A stretch of DNA of 63,855 nucleotides, filler included, from Piptocephalis cylindrospora (Eukaryota): assembly GCA_003614145.1 (NCBI GenBank). It is 4 parts of 4 records of this genome, joined end to end, with 100 filler letters (N's around TTAATTAATTAA, not from the genome) between each part and the next. Parts side by side here need not be neighbours in the genome. Positions count along the whole stretch, not along the records: positions 1 to 17,425 come from KZ987857.1; 3 more parts are not named here. One strand, written 5' to 3'. Numbering within the stretch: the stretch's first letter is position 1; every line of letters starts with the position of its first letter. Made by a program: the position numbers and the translations under genes. Shown in pieces: positions 1 through 10,954 of the stretch. Under the pieces are notes generated by a model. It saw only the letters and a list, made by a program, of their open reading frames with translations. It did no database searches and had not been told where the DNA came from.

Positions 1-215
1 CCCCACCAGTGCTCCTCCCGCCCCCTCGCGCCTGTGTGTGTTTGTCGGGTGAGTAGTGTTAGACACAAAAAACAAGTGTGAGGGGGCGGGCCCCCCCCCC
101 CCCCCCCCCCCCTCCTGTCTTCTTACTCCTCTTACTCATTTGTCCCTCTCTCATCTTCCCATAGCTCCTTATTCTTGTTCAATCTCATCGACTCTCTCCT
201 ACAGAGTTTCTTCAG

Positions 216-1508
216 GTGCGTCAAAAGGTCCGGGAAATGCAATCGAGCTCTTCTGCCACCGCCACCCCCTCGCCACCTCCTCCTCCTCCTGGGGCCCTGA
301 GTCCTAGCAATCGTCAGGGAGCCGATGCGTCTTCCCCCCCTCCCAGAGCCATGCCCTTCCTCGGGCAGCTCCCCACCAATGTACCTATGAATTCTCCTTC
401 TACCTATCTGCATCCCTCAGTTAGGTCCGTTAGGAATGCGTCTGGAACAGCCAGCCCTTCCCCCTCTACTCCAGAATCATCCGGTCTCCTTTGCACCAAG
501 CTAGAGCTTTCCCCCGTCATCCTCCTCACCCAGGAAGATCTCGCCAAGAGGCACCCGGGTCTCATTGGTCTTTTGTACGATGCATTCCCCCGTAGATGCT
601 CCCAGTGTGGCTACCGCTTTTCCGCAGAAGACCGTCAGGGTCTAGATGCACACATGGACAAACACTTTCGTATGAAAAGACGTCAGAGGGAGCGGGGTCG
701 GAAGGTTCAGCGCCAGGGCTGGTACACCGATGAGGAAACCTGGGTGGCCAGTGGAAACCTTGCTTCATCCCTCCCAGGTCATGAGGCTGCAGGCCAGGCG
801 GGCGCGGGGTCAGGGTCAACTGGGGACCAAGGGGCAGGGGCAGATGGATCTGCCTTTAACAATAATACACCCAACTCGTTTGCGGGAAACCCGTCGGGCT
901 CTCTTCCCCAAGTCGGGGGATCTGGAAAAGGCTCCGATGCACATCGTTCCCTCAATCCTTCCACTCAGCCATCCATCCGGATCCCTGAGGGTGCTGGCAA
1001 TGGTGATGATCTAGCGTGTGCTGTATGCTTAGAAAAGTTTGATAGGTATTGGCATGATTCCGAAGAGGAGTGGATGCTGCGGGACGCCACAGTTGTGCCT
1101 CCCTCCACTGAGGACAAGGAGACTGTAGGTGGAAAGGTCAAGGTAAGCATGTGTCTAGCTTAATTATCGCTCGGGCTGAAAGGGGGGACATTCTATTGAT
1201 CGGCCCTTACTAACTTGCATTTTTTTTCTTCTATCATTCTCTAGCTGGTACACGCATCGTGTCTTGTAGAGTTCAACAAGAGTCAAGCCGTTGCCAAGGC
1301 CACCGGAGAGACGGAAACAAAGAAGGAATCCACTCTTTCTCCCGTACCCATTAAGCGAAAATGGGAGGATGAAGAAGAAGAGAGCGATCAACATATTTCT
1401 ACTCCAGCCGTACCCGTCAAGCAGGAACCCGCAGATCACCCTGCGTTAGGCGATCATCTCCCTTCCCATCTTCCCACCGAAACCCCTGTGAAAAAAAGAG
1501 CCATTTGA
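216..1508 (+). CDS. PCF11: PCF11-like mRNA cleavage/polyadenylation factor, C-terminal part (5' exons upstream of the window or unresolved)
   Basis: Contains LLYDAFPRRCSQCGYRF...HMDKHFR...RQGWY and a second zinc finger CAVCLEKFDRYWHDSEEEWMLRDA. Intron 1143-1244 (GTAAGC...TACTAAC...CTAG) joins the exon LVHASC... that supplies the final H/C ligands. Stop TGA at 1506-1508. Confidence 0.88.
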
Positions 1509-2051
1509 TTTACATTCCTCTCACTCGTCCTTTCTCTCTTCCCCCCTTTTTATCCCCCATTCGAAAATCTAATCTCTCTTGATCTTGTTTGAATCAAGCG
1601 GGATGATGAAATTATTTTAATGGGAAAGCATGCTATATCTTATTCCGGTTCGGATGGGGGGAGGGGGGGAATGCACGGATGATTGGGGTCTGGTCTCATT
1701 GCCCTTACCCTTACCACATGGTGTCGTCAAGAATCGTGCTTGAGTTGTGTGGTTGTGCGTGATCATTTCTTTTTGTAGAGGTCCAAGGTCTCTATCTGAT
1801 ACATTTTGTTGATTGATTTACTGTGTGCCATTTATTGTCAGGATATTGTACTTTTAAGAGGGAATGATAGATATAGCGGAAAGCATATCACACTATATAT
1901 TTGGAGGTGCCATCTCTTCTGATCGATCACACGCTGAGCTCGCATTATCATAAAAGGGATCATGTTATGTTGATTTCATCGAAATTCGTGCAGCCAAAAT
2001 GACGCCCCACTTCAATCTATCCTTACTTCCTTCTACTACTATTCTCACAGC

Positions 2052-3259
2052 ATGAGTTCAATCAGGGTGAAACGACCCGCCTCGCCAAGGATACCTGAAG
2101 AGAATGATGAAGATGAGAGAGCAGGGAAGAGACCCAGGGTAGAGCCAGTGGAATCGTCTACTGGGACGGGAAAACCTGAAGAATCAAGACTATCGGATGA
2201 AGTCAGCACTTCGGGAGAGCCAGAGACGCCTGTTGAGGAAGCTCTCCACAAAGTGAACCCAGGTAGGGGAGATTCTAAACAAGCCCGAGGTGAGCAACCG
2301 ATCCTTGGAGGCATACTGCCTGTAGCTACTTCCCGACCAGGTCCTGGTGCACCGTGTTCTGGGCCCGATTACCTTTGGCTAGTTCGGTTAGTAGCATTAT
2401 TATCATCACTGTCGGTCCTTGGATGAACCCAACCAGCATGGATTACTCATACTCTTTCGCCTGTCAAATAGAGAAGAGGCTCGTTTGCTTCCAAAAATTT
2501 CCCACTCCCCCTATGAGCCATCCCCTAGTAGCAATGACACCGGCAGCACCGCTAAGGCTGTATCGATACCAGTGCCTGCTCGCCAACAACAACTAAGATT
2601 TCAACCGGCTTGGGTAAGTGCTTTATCTGAGCGCTTCCAAAGAGATCAGCAGGTAGGGTATTTGAGAGGATGCTTATCATACTGCCCAACCCATTTAATT
2701 TAATTCCTCTTCGATAGGCCATACATAATGTGCATGTGACAAGCGTCAGTATGAGCCAAGTCCCTCATCATCCCATTCCAGAATCAAGCCGAGATGTTAA
2801 GGCATGGAAGGCCTGGTGCTACGGACGGGATGAGGATGAGGCACAGAGGAGTTATGGCCCCCTTCTACGCTCAATTCTTGCCCTGGGACAACAGGACGTC
2901 CTACGGCTACTCGATTATCATGCATCCCAGTGGCTCCAACCTCCCTCCATAACTTCCCGCCAATCCATCTGGCTTTACTCTCTCCTTCTTCACCTAGATC
3001 CTGTCCTCACCAGCGATGAGCTTTACATTCTCCGAAAACTGGCTAGGAAATGTAAGGAAATTTTATCCATAGATGTGAGTATTAATTGACCCTGAGTACT
3101 GAAAGAGGAGGGAAAGAGTGAAGAACTAGATCTAAAATCGAATTGTTTCCTCCTATTTTTGGATAGTCCGGGGCTTGTAAAGCCGAGGATGTGATGGGAT
3201 GTCGAATCATCTTGGTCATTGTGGCCAAGTGCTTTGGCCAGGCTGATCTACTAGAATAG
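2052..3259 (+). CDS. Gemin2/SIP1 (Brr1-like) SMN-complex protein, multi-exon
   Basis: Spliced DYLWLVREEARLLP (intron 2387-2471), WLYSLLLHLDPVLTSDELYILRKLARKC and C-terminal ILVIVAKCFGQADLLE* match the conserved Gemin2 blocks. Confidence 0.8.
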
Positions 3260-3499
3260 TAATGCTACACATGATTGTTTCCTTTTATGCTTAACGGAAT
3301 TTCCGTATAATAGAAGCCCTGTTTTACGGGCAACTACACATCTTTAAGTTTCTAAATTATCCCGCTTGAGACAGTACTGGAGGAAGGGTATGGGGGAGAA
3401 GGTATACATTACATGGTGGAAAGAAAGTTTCTCTTAGTCACTACCCTTTCCAAAGACCATGGCCCCCACTCAAGATATCCGGTACTATCTATACGTGGG

Positions 3500-5447
3500 T
3501 CATCGTCGAGAAGTACGAATGGTTCTTTGGTACATGCGACGTCCTTGATGATCCGCAATGACTTCTCGCCCGTCCGGATAGATGATGGTTCTCTATTCCA
3601 CAGGTGGGATATCAATCTCTATCGTTCCTTTTGACCCCAGGCCGTGCTCTGTAATGTCCAACCTTACCGCCCACTTACCGTCCCGTCTGCATGTCGAGTC
3701 ATAAGTAGACCATCCGACTTTTTCCTCTGTCTCGTCCCATCCACATAGACAATATCCTCCGTGCCGTCCGAGTACACTGTCCTCTCTGTGTGGGTCTCTC
3801 CGTCCCGGTAAACCCTTTTCCCATCTCCATAAACCTCCACACTGTTCCCATTGATGTATCGATAGATCATCTGACCTTCAAAGCCCTTTTCCTTTCCCAA
3901 AAGCTCTTTATCCTCCTCCACAGCGCCTGTTGCATCGTTTCTGACAGGCTTGAGAGGTGGAGAAGATGAAGAAGAGATATGCGATGACTTGATCTTTCCC
4001 TGCGATCAGTCGGGCGAGAATGAGTAAATAGCTTTCTCTGCTTGTTTTTAGTCCAATACACTTACTCCTTTGGCCTTTAGCAAAGCCTTTTCATCACCTG
4101 AAAGGATCCAGCGTAACTTTTTCTCCCTTTCCTCCAGCTGTCTCTCCCTTTCCTCCAGTTTTTTCTCTAAATCCTTCACCTTATCATTATATCCCTTGAT
4201 CTTTTCGTCCAAGAGGCTTTCCAAATCTGCCAAAGCCAGCTTCCCTTTCACCACCTCCTCTTCCTTGCTAATAAATCCGAAAAGGAGTGAATGTATGGAT
4301 AAGGTGCATGTCCTTTCTCTCCTCCCATCAAGTAGATACTGAGATGAAGGAGAACTTACCGACGAAGACTTTGTTCGTATTTCTGCACCTCTTGCTCCAA
4401 TTGGATTTCCATTTTTCGCCGAACCTCCCGCTCCACTTTTTCCTTTACCCGAGCTAGCCTCCTTTCTTCGTCATTACGATACCTTTGAAACTCATCCTAT
4501 CATGTATCCCATCTCAGGGGAGGATGAGTGAATGGTCATCCCTGCCTCGTTCACCCAGCCTTCCACCCATCGATTTACGTACCATCTCATCAAAAAATCG
4601 CTGAGAAACCCCATTATATCTCTCCGTCATGATACGCAGTTTATCAACTAAATCAGACATTGATTGCTTCGTGTCTGGCTCCCGGCTCTTTATCCCCATT
4701 TCTCGCAAGAGTGCAGTATCTGGAGGAATAAGAGTTCTCTGTCTTGGGGTATGCCGAAATCGTCGTTTTCTTCCAGGTTTGATGGGTTCTGGGAAAAGAG
4801 GAAAGGGTTGCGCAATGGGTTTTCTTTCTACCTCGAATGCATCATTTCCCAAGGGCTCATCATCTAGATAGAGGAATGGATCAGGCAGAGGCCTAGCAGC
4901 ATGAAAAATGTCCATAGGATTAACCAATTTGGCTGAATGATCGTTCTTGGGCATGGTCTTGGGCATATCTTCGTCTCTAATGCAGAAAGAGAGAGGGTAG
5001 TGAGATATTTGATATATATAGCCCCCCGTCATCCTTCCTAGCATAACTTACTCATCTTCCGGATGCGAAGTAAATGAACGAGATGGGATATAATATGCGC
5101 GAGATACGGTGTCTTCCTCATCCTCCTGGCCGAGTCCACCCTGACTCAGTTGATCCAAGATAGAGTGGGATAGGGGAGCGGCTGGTCCCACCATCTCATA
5201 CTTTTTTGAAGCATGCCGTAATAGCTCCTTATCTCTTTCCGAATTGAGGTAATAGCTGTCAGAGGGGATTCCACCCCCCGAGGCCAGTAAGACCCTTTCG
5301 CTCTGCGGAGAGGGAGGATGAGTACGATAATCTAGGATAGAATGAAGAGCATCTTACTGTGAACGAGTCATCCGGATGCTCCATTGGTTTGGACACAGGT
5401 GCTCGAAAGATCCTCTGGTCGGGGAGAGGAATATTTCGATAGGGCAT
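3500..5447 (-). CDS. Coiled-coil protein with a C-terminal TCP10/G-box-like repeat domain (SAS-4/CPAP/CENPJ-like), multi-exon
   Basis: Exons can be pieced together from ORFs 5259-5564, 4514-5044, 4048-4254 and 3664-3921 using GTAAG donors. Heptad region LEKKLEERERQLEEREKKL, then repeated Y/H-x-D/N-G-T hairpin motifs (YRYINGNSVEVYGDG, TVYSDGTEDIVYVDGTRQ, HADGT) and a last exon RTIIYPDGREVIADHQG...*. Confidence 0.6.
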
Positions 5448-5844
5448 GGGGGATTGGGTATAAAGAAAGAGAAAGGTAAGCTTAGGGTATGAGTAAGGGA
5501 ACGGTATAAGGAAAAGAGGGAAGGAGGAATTGATCAATAGTGCTGCTTTCTGAGGATGTATCACTCCTGAATTGCCGTGTCAGCTCAGACACATTTATTC
5601 ACCCATGCACTGACTACAATCTCACGTTGCAGAGCACGATCTCAACTCCCATACCCCTATCGTTGATATCTAAATCAACTGGTAACTCATTATCACTGAG
5701 TACTGCGCGATTATAACCGGCCCCTAGCCTTCCCATGGTCGATACGATCTACCTAGAATGAGATGTTGTCCCAATCATCCTAAAATTCCTGACAACCTCA
5801 GCAAGAGCATAGCTATAGCCATAAAGTGCATATTTATTGCATCA

Positions 5845-6777
5845 TTATCTCTTTCTCTCAGCATTCCATTTGTAAATACCCAAACCTCGAGAATCTTTTC
5901 CCACTTTCTTCTTGACTCCACCCTTGTCCATTAGGTTCTTCTGGGTCATCAGCTCCTGTTCTAATGCCTTCAAAGTAGCCTCACGCTTCATGCGACCCGA
6001 CAACTCCCGGTATGCCCTTGTGCGCTCTTTTCGAAGAGACTAAATGAAAGAAAATGAGCTATGAGTACAGATCAAGTATGCAAAACCCATCTACACTTCA
6101 TGCCTCTTATTGAACATACCGTAAGGTCAGCAGAAGTGGATGTCTCCAGAGATGTTTGATTTTGTAGGTCGGCCGTCCTGGGCCGATTGGCCCTACGTCC
6201 TAGTAGCTCGGCGGGAGTATTTAGGTGCTTGGCCACATCCAAGTTACTCGCCTCCTCCTCAGTATCCACAAAAACCGTGTGGTTGGACTTCTTTTGCCCC
6301 TTAGCCGACCGATTCCCCGCATCCTCCATGAAGGACAAACTTTCTTTGAGTCTTTCGATTTTCTGCTCAGTAGGTAATAAATAAGGGAAAGGATAAGGTG
6401 AATGAGTGTATCCCCCTAGCGCGCGTTTACCCCTCCTTGGTACATACATTCCGCTCCATGTTCCTTCGGTGCTTGATGTATCCAATGTCTTGGGATTTGA
6501 GCAACTTGGCCTCCTCAGGGCTAAAGGCTTCAGCCCTGCTGGCAACATGCACTCCACCTTTGGTAGAGGTGTTGATCATCTTAAAATAAAACTCATCAGG
6601 ATTTCTGGCCGCAGCCTTCTCCCGCATTCCCTTGATGGCCTTTTCCTTGCTATGGTAGTCCTTGGCACGGAGTACATAGTCCTTATGTTTCTCCAGCAAC
6701 CCCAGGCGGGATCTGGAGGAAAGCTGACCACGTTCCTTGTGATTCTTCCTCTGAACGGCATTGCGTACTGATGACAT
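5845..6777 (-). CDS. UTP11: U3 snoRNA-associated protein 11 (SSU processome), 3 exons
   Basis: MSSVRNAVQRKNHKERGQ...RLGLLEKHKDYVLRAKDYH...RNPDEFYFKM, LLKSQDIGYI and C-terminal YKWNAERKR*. Confidence 0.95.
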
Positions 6778-7242
6778 GATGTGAAGGGGAGGAGGTGAAG
6801 GAAGCGAGGTAGAGGCGAGGATGACAGAAAGTTGGATGGAGCCACAATATTTCTTCTTTTTTTGCACATCCTAGACACTAGATATGGGTTATATGGATAT
6901 GGAACGAGCCAATTTCCTATCCAAGGTTACTCTCTCTTGGCCAAATGTGTGGCCTAGATAGGGGATTTTTTGGCCTAAATATTTAATTTTGGAACGTCTT
7001 ACTAGTGAGAGAATTTGAAAACTAGCATCCACAACTCAGTATCAAAATGGCCAAAATCAATTAAGTTCAGCTCACATTTCACCTGACTAGTCATCTTTGA
7101 TGATCCTTTAGGCACTAGCCTCCTTTTGTTGATGGCGCAAGTGTGGTATCATAGCCTTGAGCTGAAAGTGTAATGAACCCCTGTCACCACTACACCATCT
7201 ATTCATCTTTTCTCCCTTTCCTTCCTCACTATCCATCCTACT

Positions 7243-8403
7243 ATGAAACGTACAGCTCCTAAAGCCACCACTTCCTCGGGGCTCTACAGAAAGGATCAAG
7301 CCAAGGGGAAGAGAGTAAGATTTTCCAAGGAGGAGACGCCTACGAGTACAGGTGTGTCCGCTGGGGAAGATGACGCCCTGGACACGAGCTCGATCTTGGA
7401 TAACTTGCCGAATCGCCGAAGACAAGTACGAATTGCCGGGGATGTATCTTCAGATGAGGAAGGTGACGGGGGGCTGGAGTCGGGGGAGGAAGAAGAGGAG
7501 GGTCTAGTTGGAAAATCCCGGATGGATGGACGTCCCTTACGGGGTAAAAGCAAAGGGAAGGAGCCGGCAGAAGAAGGAGAGGAGGAAGATGATATGTTTG
7601 CTGATGATGCTCCTGCATCTTCCCAAAAGAACAAGTATCTTACTCGTGGTGATATTGAGGGGCAAGAGATGGACCCTTCCATGGTGGACGAGGAATTTAC
7701 TCCTCTAGAGCCTTTTAATGTTCGTGCGGAGATGGAGGAGGGGGCTTTTAAGGAGGACGGAACATATATTCGCGATGCCCCTGACCCGGAGGCACGACAT
7801 GATACCTGGCTTCAGGGTATGGCCTCTGCCGACATCATCTCTGAGGCCAAAGAAGCACAGGATCGTCGGGAGCGGGAGGCGCGGCTGAACGAAAAACGAT
7901 CACGAGAAGAAGCTTTGGATCTTTCAGAGGCCCAAGCTCTCCTTGCTCGATTACTCCAGCCTGGGGAAAGCCCCCTAGAGGCTATGCGCAGATTGGGGAA
8001 GTCGGGAAAGTCCGAAAAATCTAGGAGTTGGAAAGACCGTGTAAAGAAACAGAATAATGTGGATACCATGGGAGAGGAGGAGGATAAGGCTAAGATCCTC
8101 ACCGACGTGACCCGAGCATGCGATCAACTCCTTTCTTCAGGGATGCTTGATGTGTATGAGAAGCTTCAAGAGGACTTTGCCTTGGCCTCGGCCCCCGCTC
8201 CCCCAGTCATAAATGGCGCTCAATGGGAATTTCGGTGGAATCCTGAGGATGCCACAACCCATGGTCCTTATGGCGATGAAGAAATGGAAGCATGGAGACT
8301 CCAGGGTTACTTTGGTTCCGAGGTCCGAGTTCGCCGCTTTAGGGCTGATGGAGGAGATGGTCAAGAGCGATGGTTAAGCGTGGATCAAGTGGACTTTGAT
8401 TAA
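7243..8403 (+). CDS. LIN1: U5 snRNP 52K protein CD2BP2/Lin1 (GYF domain)
   Basis: DIEGQE, LEPFNVRAEMEEGAFKEDGTYI, LLQPGESPLEAMRRLG and the C-terminal GYF domain WEFRW...HGPYGDEEMEAWRLQGYF. Confidence 0.9.
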   Translation: MKRTAPKATTSSGLYRKDQAKGKRVRFSKEETPTSTGVSAGEDDALDTSSILDNLPNRRRQVRIAGDVSSDEEGDGGLESGEEEEEGLVGKSRMDGRPLRGKSKGKEPAEEGEEEDDMFADDAPASSQKNKYLTRGDIEGQEMDPSMVDEEFTPLEPFNVRAEMEEGAFKEDGTYIRDAPDPEARHDTWLQGMASADIISEAKEAQDRREREARLNEKRSREEALDLSEAQALLARLLQPGESPLEAMRRLGKSGKSEKSRSWKDRVKKQNNVDTMGEEEDKAKILTDVTRACDQLLSSGMLDVYEKLQEDFALASAPAPPVINGAQWEFRWNPEDATTHGPYGDEEMEAWRLQGYFGSEVRVRRFRADGGDGQERWLSVDQVDFD

Positions 8404-9232
8404 TTGGAAAAATGATACCATTGGGACTGTGTGATTATGAATTGGATACTTTTCTACAAGGTCGATATAAATTTGAGTCAACCCAAGGAGAGTTGCATGC
8501 CATTGAAGCACATATCTACCACCAAAGACTCATTGATTCCTTACCTGTTCAATTTCTAGGGGAGGAGCGTAGGTACAGCGGTCAGCACGCCTTCTGGGTA
8601 TCCAACTAATGAGCTTTGAATAAGAGAGAACATAATGTGATGACGCTCAAGCACCTAACGTATCCTTGGTCACACTCCTTCCCACCCCCGGGAAATAGTG
8701 TTCATGCATGACCTCATGGTATTTCGATATGCCCTTTGAAGGCCAGGAAGCCTGATTCGGAGTCTCGAATGCTGCGATGGAAGCAGAAGATGCATAGAGG
8801 ATCGGAGTTTACCCGACCATTTCTTGTCAAGGGTCCAAGGTGAACGATACTCATTCTACTCATCTCCGCCAAGCCTCTTATTGGGCATATCACCATGTCG
8901 GAGTTGTGTTTTCATTTCGATGGAAAAAGGGACAGGGAAGAATGGTCGCCTTTAGAAATGCACCTGTTCCCCACTACTTCCCCCTTCCGTCATCTACCAT
9001 CCTCCTTTTCTTCATCTCATCCCGCCTCTGCCTCACCCCAAGACCCTTTTCTTCTCTCTCTCACACACAATCGCTCTCATTCCTTCCTTTTTTCTCGTTA
9101 CACTCCTCTCGCCTTTTGATTCCAAACTTCGCCTCCTCCACGTTCTCTGTTGAACCGGCTTCAGCCTTCTCCTGCTTTCCTCTTCTCCTCTTCTCTTTTT
9201 CCTCCTCTTCCGCCCTACCCTTTCCCTCCACC

Positions 9233-10006
9233 ATGTCCCAGGAACACCAAAGCATTGCTTCCCGTCGTCGGGCCAATCTTGGAAAGAATATGAGAGTCGC
9301 TGCTCCGTCCCCTCTTTCACCCATCTCCGCAAGTCCCAAGACCGCCCCTGGGGGTGGTCAATTTATCCCCCTATCCCCCTTGGTCACCTCAACTCCCACT
9401 CGGCTCTCGGCTCATGGTCCTCCCCCGGCCTCTCCTCGAATCATCAATCTGGTCGGGTGTGGGGGCGGCTTTGGTCGAGATCGTAGGCCATCGATGCCTC
9501 ATGCTCGACGTGCTTCCCTCACCGCGGCCTCTCTAGCCCCGAGACCCCGTCGAGGTTCCGTCACTGTGGCTAGTGTTACCCCGTCTGGGGATGTCATAAT
9601 CCGGGAGCGTCGGGAGTCCATCAAGGCCTCCATGCCCACTCGGGAGGTGTGTCGACGAAAGGCCGCCCGTAAGCACCGTCGGCACCGTGCCATTGATATC
9701 CCTAAGTCGGGTGAGACGAAGGAGGGCGCTGATCAGGATGATATTCTGGTCACGGCTCTCAAGTCTCCCACCCTCAACAGGCCCCCAGTCCTATCCCTAG
9801 GAGGGGCACACCGCTTTCGTGACACCCCCTCTAGTGGGCCCGGCGGGTACTTTAAGCCCCTTCCTAGCCCACGGGTCAATGCTTCCTTTACCTTTGGCGC
9901 CTCCAAGACCCCGAGTATGGAGCGGTACATCCGAAAGCCCTCTGCTACTCATATTGGCGTGACTGAACGACGGGACCTTCGGACTCCAGGTCCCTCTCCT
10001 TGCTAA
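9233..10006 (+). CDS. Hypothetical basic, Pro/Ser/Arg-rich disordered protein
   Basis: ATG in CACCATG context after a pyrimidine-rich 5' leader, with a 257-codon open frame. Several RRxS motifs and SP sites. No recognised domain. Confidence 0.6.
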   Translation: MSQEHQSIASRRRANLGKNMRVAAPSPLSPISASPKTAPGGGQFIPLSPLVTSTPTRLSAHGPPPASPRIINLVGCGGGFGRDRRPSMPHARRASLTAASLAPRPRRGSVTVASVTPSGDVIIRERRESIKASMPTREVCRRKAARKHRRHRAIDIPKSGETKEGADQDDILVTALKSPTLNRPPVLSLGGAHRFRDTPSSGPGGYFKPLPSPRVNASFTFGASKTPSMERYIRKPSATHIGVTERRDLRTPGPSPC

Positions 10007-10356
10007 TGGACCATGGCAATATACACATGATAGCAATCTTTATCCTATACCAGTTCACTTGAGAGGAGAGAGTGGATGAATATACCTCACTCGTATATTT
10101 GATTCATTTCTGCTCGATTGCACATTATTTTAGTAAAGGACTATCGCTCAAACGATCGGAATACCGGGTATATCCTTCCGTATAAGAAAGTGAGTTTAAA
10201 GGAGCTGGCGACATTGATCGAGGCCACAGCAGCCAATCGCCCGTTTTACTGAGAAATGCATCGATCTAGTTTTCCCTTCTCTTTCCCCTCCTTAACTAGT
10301 CATGGGTCCACTAGCCACCGCCGGTAAAGATATTGCTGTTTGCATGATGATAATTG

Positions 10357-10675
10357 AAAAAAGAATGTGTGTGGATCACTAAGGCGCCAAGAGAGCTAGA
10401 GTGGGGACGATGCTCGCACCATCCTTTCCTCTTCAAGGGTCTCAGGACGCGGCCAGGGAGCACAATGGCGAACTGTAAACAGAACGCCGGCTTGATCTAA
10501 AGATACACTAGCGCTACCACATCCACTGGGCCACCATGCCAAGAAGGCAGGGTAGCGTAGGTAAGGGTAGCGACTCTGTGCGCTTAGAGACTTAAGGCCT
10601 CTCCCCGATCGGGAGAGGTGCGAAGCACCTGTCACATAAGGACCGTTGGACGACATGGGGCGGAGTATTGTCTAG
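10357..10675 (-). ncRNA. Candidate structured non-coding RNA, family not recognised
   Basis: GC-rich island of about 300 nt in AT-richer intergenic DNA. It has several hairpins, an A-box-like TGGCCCAGTGG on the minus strand and a T6 run at the minus-strand 3' end. Confidence 0.3.
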
Positions 10676-10954
10676 TGAATTGTGGGAGTATCACAATACT
10701 ATGTAAGTACACTTTGACGAGGAAAGGTGTACTGGCATAATGAGATGTATCAGAGAATATTAGAGAAATATCTTGTTTCATGGCTAGAAGATCAATCGCT
10801 CTATATCCCTATCGTATAAAACAATAAAGAAAACGATAAAATGGCGTTGAGTTATCATCCCATCTATTCAATATGCAATCTTTCAAGCGCGGAGAGAAAT
10901 AGCATGGCCCATCCTTTCTTCATCCCTTGACCCATCACAAAGCAGGTATTACAC

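Noticed and set aside
1595..1800. Box C-like ATGATGA, U3 box A-like GATCATTTCT and a CTGA in intergenic DNA
   Set aside because: The order and spacing do not fit U3 or a C/D snoRNA, and no terminal stem is visible.
216..8403. Apparent cluster of RNA-processing genes (PCF11, GEMIN2-like, UTP11, LIN1)
   Set aside because: They belong to different complexes, and such genes are common in a compact genome, so there is no evidence of a functional cluster.
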